This document shows positions 13,166 to 24,600 of a stretch of DNA of 64,000 nucleotides, in pieces. Made by a program: the position numbers and the translations under genes. The notes below the pieces were generated by a model that was not told the origin of the DNA, did not search any database, and worked only from the letters and a program-made list of their open reading frames with translations. Origin of the DNA: Balanoglossus misakiensis (taxonomy: Eukaryota > Animalia > Hemichordata); NCBI GenBank assembly GCA_040954595.2, contig CM082577.2:3553703-3617702 (forward strand), given 5' to 3'. Every line of letters starts with the position of its first letter. Position 1 is the first letter of the stretch.

Positions 13166-15669
13166 TTCTGTGCTTTTTAATATGTTTGTGTGACCGTTGA
13201 TTGTGTACTCCAGTGGCGGCGCTCTTGTACATTGCCCTGTCCCGATCAGGTAGTACTAGTAGCTATAAGCTTTTTAGCTTTAAATATATGTGATACGGGC
13301 GCTATGCACAATGAACTTCGGTCGCCATGATGACGAATACATATATATACTACTGACAATTCATGTTGTCATTAACAAATTCCGTTACTTATATTTTCTG
13401 ACTTTCAAGTTTCTCATCAGTTCGATTTGTTGGTCCTTTTTTATTGACATTTTGACAAAAGTATCGATCTCAGACATGACAGTGGCTTGGGAAAGGATTC
13501 TCACTGAGAGTCACTTTCGCTGTTTTCGGACAGTTGCAGTATACCGCACAGATCATTAAAAGTTCACTGATCATACAAAATTTCTACGATAATTCTTTTT
13601 TTCGTAGAAGTCTAGTACCGTGACCCGAATAACGTCGTGCTAGTTCGGGTTGAATTATTGTCTTGTTCTGATAATTTTGTTCTGGTCATTTCGGTCGATC
13701 ACATTCTGTCCGTTAATCTGCCTTGAAAACACGCTAAAGATTTCCCGAAGTAGGCCCCCTTTACTGCCAACCTTCGCAACTTTTGCCGTTTTTGCAGAGT
13801 GCAAGAGCTTTTCAAGGCAGAGGGCGCTATTTCGCACACGAACTGGTGATTCACAAACACAGCCACGCATTCCCAAAAGCTGTTCCAGACGACATTAACG
13901 GAAAAAGTCATCAAACATTAAATCGAGAGAATCCGATCAAGCCGCGAAGGTCAGGTCAATATTCCAATTTTATGACACATGGTCTCCTTTACACATTTTC
14001 GGTTGGATTAAACTAGTGATGACCATGATTTTTTTTTCTTTTTAAATTGATCAGCTCAGCTGGTCCTCAGCAAAACTAAATTCTTACGAAACATTTACGG
14101 CCAGTGGTAAAAGTTATTCGTTAATAATGTATGCATAGTCTGTACTTTCGACAAGACTGAACCTTTTTGTGTAAACTGAAAACACATTACAGTCATTGCT
14201 TCCGACGTCAGCTTGAAAAGCTTTAAAGTTTAGAAACCATAAAATGACATCAGCGAGTGAAAAACACCAAACAGATCACTGCATTGTGAGCTGTCAGTGC
14301 TCATCGTGACGCAACTCCGTCTTCGTGGTTTAGAACTTGTACATGCGCACGCCAGGGATCAACTGACTCTACCTGTTGAACGGGTGAAAATGGTAAGTTA
14401 CCATTAATTATAGATTTTTAATTTTGAAACTCACATCATGATCCACAAAATCCATTCAAAATGTCAGTATATAACAAATGACAAACGATCTAATGATTTA
14501 AAAACCCAACACGACACTTGAACATTTACCAGATTTTATTAACGTTACAAGGGAAAAAAGAAATTGACGTTCAGTTCTAAAACCGCATTATCATATTTTA
14601 AGTTTTGTATGTTTGAGTTTATTTCAGTCTCTGAACTTCTAGACAGAAGCGGTTCTGTGAACTATTAAAGAGTGAAATTTCGATCATTTTTCGAACAAGT
14701 GTTTAGAAACGACATTTCCGCATAAAAAACTATAAGCCCTTGCACTTTCTTTTGATAAATTGAATTTTGAGAAACGCAATTTAACAATATACGACTGAAC
14801 TATTTTAGACAGTATTGCGAAATATAATCATGTTTTTCTATGAATTGTGACTCTAGTGGCTATGATTTGAAAAGCATATTTATTTTAAATTAAACATCAG
14901 TTCGTTTGCACAGCAGCTGAGGCAATAAATGTGTGCATATTGAGCTCATTAAAAACAAACGGTGAATGTACAGACATTATTAATATCACGGGGCGACCGA
15001 TTAAGCTAATAGAATTAAAACTATATTTCGCGATACTTGACTACCAGTCCTCTCAAATGAAATTTCGTATTCGAAAACAACATGGATATGCCTTATAATC
15101 AGACCATCAAGTATAAATACAGTCATTTACGTCAAGCTATCAAACTTTAACTTTGTTTTACAAATTGTTTTGTTAAAAAGAAAACTACTCAGTGGACAGG
15201 ATTGAATAATTAAATTTTGAAACATATACTATTCAGAATGAAAGAACAAGTCGTTTGATCAAAAACATGGCACTTTTAGTATTTTGGCACATAAAAATAA
15301 CCAAATGCATGCGAAACTGCTTAGCTATTAAATACAGCAATAATAACACGTGATACACTATCATGACCCTTGTGGGCCAATTTGATTTATCCTCTAAAAA
15401 TAATGTTTAACGACAGAATATGCAAGCCGGAATTATCTGCTACATAACCACGCAGTAACAGATATAGTTTTGTAGAACACTAGCCTACAGGAAAAAAATT
15501 CATAGAAAGTGCTTTCAGTGGATACATAGCTCTTCGGTATAACGAATTTATTCAAGCAAAGAATTTGCATTGAAATACGTCTTCAACAACTTATTAAGCG
15601 AATCTCAAATTCAACAAAATTCACCAAATTTTTCATCCAAAGTGTATGTTTCATTTTTATTGACAGAGT

Positions 15670-18600
15670 ATGAAACTCCATCCATACTATCTTACTCTTA
15701 TATTCTGTGTCAGCCTAGGCTTAGCAACTAAGGTGAGTGTTGAAAATCAAAGTTTTTTGGCTCGATTCCTCTACAAGTTTAGATAAACTGCGGAAAGCGC
15801 ACGATAAGGGTGTCGTGCACGCGCAATGACTAAAATGTTTACTTTTTGCGTGTACATGTATACGTAAGTTCATAAGGCATTTTCAGCGGTTTGAGACATT
15901 CGCCTCTAACAAACCAACAAATGCTTTACGCCAACAGGAAAGTAGCAGTGAACCGAAATCCGTACGACAAGGTAAACAAATTTAAAGTGATATCGCACAG
16001 TTACAAGGTCATAGAATTTATTATTGACTTTATCCGTCATTTTCACGAAAATTGATGATCACGCCTGTTTGCTCAGGCGACTAAGAAGAAAATTTGTCAA
16101 CTCAACCCGAGACTACTAATTTTTATTTTCAATCATATGTGTATTATGATATACACCACGGCAAGGACGTAATGGTTTGTGATATTTGCACCAACTAAAT
16201 GTCGAATTTTTAACGGCGTATCTAGTAACTTCGTGCCGTCAACATTATGTCAATTCGCAGTATCAAGATGCTTACAATGCACAGAACAGGACGGCCTGAC
16301 GTTTACAGAATGTCTCAGCAGAGGTCACTATGAACAGTGTACATACGCCAAGGTATGTAGTGTGGCGACGTTGGGTATAAAATAAGTTTCATATAGAGTA
16401 AATGCGTTTTTTCTTGTTTCACGTTTTATGAATAATTACTGATATATCGGAGGTGTTTGCTAAAACTTCAAATAATTGCGTAAATATGATAATTTTGCGA
16501 AAAAAATGACATTTTACAACTATTTTGCTGGTTTGGTATTACAATATTGGAATAAAATCATGCGGGATGCATTATACCGTATATACATGTATATTTGTTG
16601 CTGCTATAATCTTTCTTTATTTCATCTCATTACTGTTATTAACGTTCTTTCGTGCACTAGCCCGACTGCGCAACGCAGCTGATACACAGTGGTGGTAAAG
16701 TGATATTTGCTTCCAAATGTCAGCAATATCAGGTAGGTTAATAATTAAAATTTCATCTCTCGGGTTCGCCTGATGATGACAATGAACGGTGACGTTTAGG
16801 TTATTGATACATATATGTGCATTAATCTTGTCCGCACGTGAGTTGTACACGTTGCAAAGTGTCACACGTGCCTCTGGTCGCTTGTTACTTCAGAATTGTC
16901 TTCAGGAAAGTTTGGCTGGACCGAACCAATACCAATGTAACCAACCACCGATTGTTGTTACCACCATGTGTCAATACTGTTGTCTTGCTGGTGAGCTAGC
17001 CAACGGGGATTACTGTGCTCCTCCGGGCCCCGGTAATCCGCCTCCTACAGGTGAGATTTCACGAGATACTGATCTACACTTTCGAGACTTATGACATCAA
17101 ACTACTATTCCTACCAACACCAAGAGTGACAGAATCTCCCAACGAACTAAAATTTTATTTACAGTTTATGGTAAAGCACGCATCTGACCGGATCGTGATC
17201 TAGATAAAGCAACTAAAAAAAACACAGAACTTTCCAATTTTAAAATAGCTTAAAATTGATAAAATCTAGTATACAGCAAACTTTAGTATGTACCTTGCGA
17301 CCAATCTAAATTCTTTTCTGTATATTTCATCACATTAACAGCAAACACGGGCACATATGGTAAGTACACGTCACTTATCTTGTTAAAAGACTCGTATGAA
17401 CAGCTTATTCGGGATTAATTTGAACGGTTTATGGACTTGCAAATACCACGTATTTACGCACACCGTGTAAAACCTGAACTTGCAAATGATTTATTAACTT
17501 TCAAATACAAGTTTATTTGTACGGTTTATAAACTGCAAGCTCAATCGAACAATTTATAAACTTGAAAACATCACACTCAACATGATTATTTTTTTACGAA
17601 TGGGCAAATGCCACGTTATACGCAGAACGTGAAAGATGTGTAGACATGTTATGTTCGTTTTGGACGGGTATGCTAACAGATCCATCTCTCCCAAAGGCTG
17701 TAGTGCAAACGAAGTAGAATTCTCCGGGCACTGCTATAAGTTCAACATCGCGCAGGTCGATCACCAGGGGGCCAGGGAGTGGTGCGCCGACAACGGATAC
17801 CAACTGACGAGCATCCAGAACGAGGCCGAGTTCAATTTCCTCAGGAGCACCGTCCGCCAATCGGGTCTCGGGTATTTTTGGGTGGGCGCCAAGGTGAAGG
17901 ACGACACCCTCCCCATGCAGCTGGAAGGCAACTGGCTGTGGGTCGACAGAAGTCGCTGGAATGTGGACCTCGTCGATATATTCCACCCGAACACCCCCGA
18001 CAACCAGTTCGGAGATGAGTTCTGTGCTGCGATGGTGGATAGCGACGATGATTACTACTACTATCTGGATGACGAACCTTGCTATCAAAACAATGCATTT
18101 ATCTGCCGAAGAGGTAGGATTACTCAGAATGTCAATAACTTTCACTTTGACGGAGTTAGCCTTTGAATGTAAAAGAAATGTTCGGATTTCTTTCACATAC
18201 ACTGAGTTTTAAACAACTTGGAAGTCATCAGATATAAAGAAACGAAAGAGTTGTTTAGAGAACATCAGGTCGAGAAAACGTTCTTGTGTTCTGTCATAAT
18301 GCTAGTTTTTACTTCCTTCAATTACAGGAAACGGGAGTCCTCTTTCCGATCGTTGGATTAAATACCACAGTTTGTGGAGGGATCGAAGTAACGGTAATCA
18401 ATCAATCAATCAATCAATCAATCTATCAATCTATCAGTATATATACGTAGGCAAGTGGTAGAAATACTGGTAGGAAAATACATGATACACTAGTATGAAT
18501 TATCAAGCTTTCTGTGAAATGTGTCTTACATTTTCATTTTTTTCAGATTGCCTGTGTTACACATGGGGCGACCCTCACTATACAACATTTGACGGTGAGC

Positions 18601-21600
18601 AGTTTCACTACCAAGGCAACTGCACCTATGTACACGTGGTCGACAAGAAACACAGCCCTCCCTTGTTTTCCATTCACGTCAAGAACCAACTTCCCCGCGA
18701 CGACGCCTCCGTCAGCATGGTACATCACGTGATCGTTCGCACGAGTGACTACAAGATTACCCTCCACCGACGCAATGCTGTGTGGGTAAGACACATGAAC
18801 TTGTTGGCAAATCCGTGTACTCAAATTACACATGCACAATTCAGGTGTGAATCTTTGCTGATTGTATTTGTGCAGTGATAGCCAATACTAAATTCATTAA
18901 TATTATATTGATCCTACCAAATGAACATCCCAATTGTCTGATACTAGACTAATATTTTCTGACGCGATTCAAGGAAACAAACAGTCATGCAAATCAGAAA
19001 AAGATGGAAGGCATTCGACGCCTGTTAATTGAAATTTCGCATTTTTGTCTCCAAGGTCAACGACTACCCAGTATCGCTGCCGAACTCTCCGTACGGCGGT
19101 ATGCACATCATGAAGAGCGGCCGCTTCGTCCTCCTCCTCTCCAGCTATGGATTCTGGGTAAAATACGACGGCCAGAACCGCCTCGTCATCGGGGTGTCAC
19201 GTGGCTACCAGGGCCACACGGCTGGGGTGTGCGGAACCTGTGACGGTGACCGGGCAAATGACGACCTGAAGCCCAACGGTCACCATGCAGAAAACAGTAA
19301 CGAATTCATGAACAGTTGGAACTGCGATGGAAGGTAACGTTTTGGTTGCGATTAAACTCGAAGAAGTAGCAAATAACACTTTATTTTAAAAAACAAAAGA
19401 AAAAGTTTTGAATAGCATATATCAAGTGACTAAAGCAAATCCAAATATTAAATCCTCATATACCATTCTCCGAAATATCATCAAATCCAATCTCTGTTTT
19501 GTTTCATAGTTGTTCGGGCACACACCGAGTCGAACCACACTGTCCGGAAGGAGATGACAGCCAGTACCGTTCCAGTACCAAGTGCGGCATGATCAAAGAC
19601 AAAAACAATGTCTTCGCTGACTGCCATAGTGTCGTCAGCTCAGTCTTCCCGTACCAGTCTTGCCTGTATGACATGTGCCACGGCAGAAGCGAACGGGAAA
19701 AGCAGGACGCCCTCTGTGGCAGTCTCGCCAATTACTTCGACATGTGCAAAGAAGCAGGTGTCCACCTCGCCAGTTTTCGGAATGAAACCTTTTGTCGTAA
19801 GTCATGATCAGCAACATTTTTTCTTACAATCACTGCTTTTCGTTCAAGAACAACCAGGGAAATATAATACGGTTTCTCCTTTTGTTCGCAGCTTTATCGT
19901 GTCCAGCCCATAGCCACTACTCGTCGTGTATGTCGCCTTGTCCACCAACCTGTGCCACGGCGGGCGATTGTGTGTACGCCCCCAACCGGTGTGTTGAGGG
20001 TTGTGAGTGCGATACCAACTATGTTCTCTCGGGAAATAAATGCGTGCATAAAACGAGCTGCGGTTGTGTTGATGATCATGGGCATTTCTTTGAGGTAGGA
20101 ACTAAAAATAACTCGAAAAAAATATTACCTTGGCAGCTGAGATGACAATCAGAAGCTAATAAAACTTTAATCTTTTATATTTTCATTGATGTGGAACAGT
20201 GGGTTTTTATCCTCCGTTATATGCGAGTCATACTCGCGTCACGCGTGCAGGCAGTCATACTAAGTATTTCATTTGTCAATGGTTGATTACATACCATGCA
20301 TTAAGCCTATAGCAATACTAAGCCCCCAAATAGATAGTTCGTGACAGTATTTGTTGTGCAGATAGAACAAATAATTACCGGATGACTTTTTCTGAAAAAT
20401 TATAGACAGGTGAGATGTGGTTGAGTGCAGACTGTCGGAGACAGTGCACATGCGTCGACATGAACCAGATCAGCTGCGCGATTGGTGACCCGTGTCCGGT
20501 CAACTCGGAATGTGTGGCCAGCCTTGGTCAGAGACGGTGCCAGTGTAAGCCCGGTTACACCGAAGATCAACAGGGCAGCTGTGTTGGTAAGTATAATCCT
20601 CAATCGCCTCAGTAGTTCCATCATAGTCTATGGTTCCCTGAAAGATGATTTTTAAAAAAGAAAGCCCAATACACAAATCGACAGTGAACCATTCGCTATT
20701 AAAGTTTGTCAACACAACGTAACCTGGCAACTGCGCCATTTTCTTCCTCCTGTCCGTTCCTCTCTCAACCAGATGCAAACACATGCGAATTTGACGACGA
20801 AGAGTACGAAGGTCACTGCTACAAGATTGTCAACGAACCGCTCTCCACTTTCGACAACGCAAAACTACTGTGCGAGAACCACGGTTATCAACTGGCCGGC
20901 GTCCTCACAAACGACGAGTACACTTTCCTTCGCAAAGCCCTTCAAAAAGGAAAGTATAAGCGCGATGCATACTGGGTCGGCGCAGACGGAAGGGAGGGGT
21001 CGATGACGGGGGTAATTCAGTCGTCATGGCGATGGGTCAGTGGGGATCTGTGGACCTGGGCGCCGGCTGATATGTTTGCTCAAGGAAAGCCGAACAACAT
21101 TGATGGTCATGAATTCTGTGGCAAGTTGGAGAAATATCTGGATTACTACATGAATGACGATCGCTGCGGTTCGGATAATGGTTTCATTTGTAAGAGAGGT
21201 AAGACTTAAATTTTTAAGTCTATGAAAATGAAACATTGCGACCGAAATATATTCCGATACCATTAGCAACTTGAATGCCAAATACATAAGCCATTGCCCG
21301 TTAAACCGCTTTGCTCGTTCCCTCGTTTACGTAAAGCCATTCTTATCTTATTTCAGTTGGAGACCCACTGTACGTTCGTTGGAAACCACAGCAAAGTCCC
21401 AGTCACCGGCGAAGAAGAAGTGTGAACGACGGTAAGTATCTGGATTAGGGATAGACCCTATAGTGTCTATAGGTTAAAAGTTACTATTTAGGTTTGATTA
21501 GCACAACATGTACCCTTTCTGTGCTTTGGCTTTCACTGTGTACTTTTCTTCTGCTGCGCAGATTGCAAGTGTTTTGTGTTTGGAGATCCGCACTACAAAA

Positions 21601-24600
21601 CTGTCGACGGTAGGATGATCCATTTCCAAGGCAACTGCACGTACACGCTGTTGATAGACTGGGCGCACGGCGAGAGCCCCGAGTTTGTCGTCAACGCCAA
21701 GAACGTTCTCCCGTATGCGGGCGCCACCGCGACAGTGGTTCGATTTGTGATCATCAAGGTGTACGGAATGAGAATCGTTCTGAGAAGACAGAAAGTCGTC
21801 ATGGTAGGTGTACATACAAGTCACGCTCTGTGTTTTGTCGTGTAATCATGATATATTGTCACTAGAGGGCGCACCACAATGGGCCTCCAACCACTTGTTG
21901 ATGCTTCGTGATCATTTGTGAGTTATCCCATAGACCCTGACCCCAAGGGTCTAAGGCTATCATTTGTGTCCAGATAAACGTTTCATACTCTGACAACTAC
22001 CATTTTTGTGTCGGGTTGCATTGAGATGGAGAGATAAAATGCACTAAATATGAACAAACAAAACAAATTATGCGACTGTTTAATTGGCAAGAGTCTACTT
22101 ACATCCAATGCAAAGAATGCAGAATTAGAATTGTTGGTCCAGAACTGCGGCCGTCCCCTCCCATCCAAAAGATAAAAATGTCACGCCCAACGCGGGGCTC
22201 GAACCCACGACCCTGAGATTAAGAGTCTCATGCTCTACCGACTGAGCTAGCCGGGCTTCATGCACTCCGTTCAATACTTGTGTTATTTTAAAACTTTATG
22301 TGTTAATCTTGACTGAAGGTCATGAATTATTTATAGCATGGAGTTTGGCCGTCAGTATAACAATCCCTATAAGAGGCGAAAATATGAAACATTCTATGGT
22401 TTATATCTCTGCGCAATTCGGCCACTAACGTTGCCCATCATGTGTACATGTAGATAGTGTTAGTGTCTTTTACCTTCGTCAATTTGATCGATTGGCACCG
22501 CATTAGAGCAGTTCTAGTTTTTAGCACTGAATGGGGAAAATTGAAGATTTGATTCAAAACAGCACGGGAGTGCATAAGCCAATATGGAAATTCATGTAGT
22601 TTATCACTCCTTCCGTGATTTTCAAACGTCTGTTAGTAAGTGCTTGGCGGTAAGTGAGCATTGGTCCTTCCATGTGACCTGTTGACAATGACCCCGCTAA
22701 ATCGTCAAAGACAATGGACAATAATTGATTTTTTTGTCTTGTGTCTTGACTGGACTGTAAAACTGGTGGTCACGCTACGAACCATTAAAACAATTAGCTC
22801 GCCCAACGTGGGGCTCGAACCCACGACCCTGAGATTAAGAGTCTCATGCTCTACCGACTGAGCTAGCCGGGCTTGACACAGGTGGCTGAATCAGTTTTAG
22901 TTTCAAAAGTTATGTCTCATGTTGTGATAAGCGTAAATTTACCGCAAGCACAACTTAAATGAAAAGGAAAATATTTCTTTTTCGGGCAAGGTAATTTTCT
23001 TCAGGTTATACAAACTTCAATGTCCATGACATGTAGATGTTGCTTAGTATTTATTCCAAGCGATATTTACATCTTCAATCTGACTTTAATCACTGCTTTA
23101 AGGGTATGCAGTGTCTTTACAGTTAACTCATTCAAACTGATGTCTGGGCAAGAAAATACGACTTGAAAACGCAATTTGTGCTTGCATTTTATAAAATACA
23201 ATGGCTATTGTTGATAGTTTACTGTGCAAACACCTTAACATCTTTGTTGCCTCGATCAACGACCAAAACTTTAGCAAATGGTTCGTCATCCGTCACACAG
23301 AGATCACAGGGCTCACTTAGCCCGTCATCATCACTGTCAACACGACAAACAAATTTCCCTTCAGAATCATACTTTACGATTCTGTTATTGCCCTTGTCCG
23401 AGACATACACGTTGCCGTCTTTATCCGTAGCCACTCCACGGGGATGTCTCAGCTGACCATCTCCACTCCCTTTGGAGCCAAACGTATAAAGGAACTGACC
23501 GTCGGCATCGAAAACCTGGATTCGGTGATTGGCCCCTTCTGATACGTAGACATTACCATCATTGTCTACACAAACAAACCAAGGACTATACAATTCACCT
23601 TCTTGCTTTCCTTTGCCTCCAAATGATTTGATTCGATTTCCATCTTGGTCGTAAATGTGGATATTGTGTGTATTATTATCAACAACATACACCCTGCCAT
23701 TAACAGGGCTTATCGCAATACCGATCGGCAAAATCAACTCTCCTTTTCCAAAACACTTTACCACTTTGCCATTATGATCACAGACAAATACCTGCGCATT
23801 TTTCCCATCTGTCATATAAATTTTGCCATCCCTTGACCTCGTTATATCTTTCAAGTTGGGCATAACATCGACATCACTTGCCAACTCAAAAATAATCTGG
23901 TGTTTTCCGGTAAGAGTGAACAATTGCAATTTCTTATTACTGACATCACTGACTAAAACCTTCCTATTTCCCATCATTGTTATCCCGTGCGGATCTTCGA
24001 AGTGATTTATCTCTGCATTTTGCTCCTTAAAACTACAAACCAACCCTCTTTTGGGGATAACTTTAATTATCACCGGTGACCCTCTCACTGGATCGTTGCG
24101 TACCGATACTGACAGTTCGTGTTCTCCTTCTGTCTTTGCACAAATGATCAAAGTCAGTGTTCCGTCATCGTTGTCGTTCACTTCCGCTTCCTGTCTGCTG
24201 CCATCCGGGGCCGCCATTACCGAGTGAACACTACTGACCAACGGCGTAGTAGTTTCCTGTCTGGTAGCTATGGTAGCAACGATGTCCTCACCCACCCTTG
24301 CGTACGGTGGCACATCGATCAATGCGCAGGCATTTCTTTGAATCACTCCGAGCGACTTCGTCGGACAGAAGTCATCACATGGTTCGAACTCCATGTAATC
24401 GCTCTCAGTCGGGTCGGATTTTGTCTGCATTTTCAGGCACTCGTCTACTTTCGTTGTCATGCCAGTTTTGCCAGACATCAAATGAACTTTGTTCCCGAAA
24501 CTCACTTGCGTCTCAGCATACTCCCGGGTGCTTGATAGGTCGCCCTCTGCGATTTCCAGCTCTTTAAATTGTGCATTCAAGTTTACCTTTCTCTTTTCGT

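Noticed and set aside
13620-14016. GC-richer stretch with overlapping short ORFs between HID1 and gene A
   Set aside because: Probably a repeat fragment, but I could not define TIRs, a TSD or coding similarity.
17594-18202. 202-aa minus-strand ORF and similar antisense ORFs over exons of A, B, C and HID1
   Set aside because: Shadows of GC3-rich coding exons on the opposite strand, with no independent motifs.
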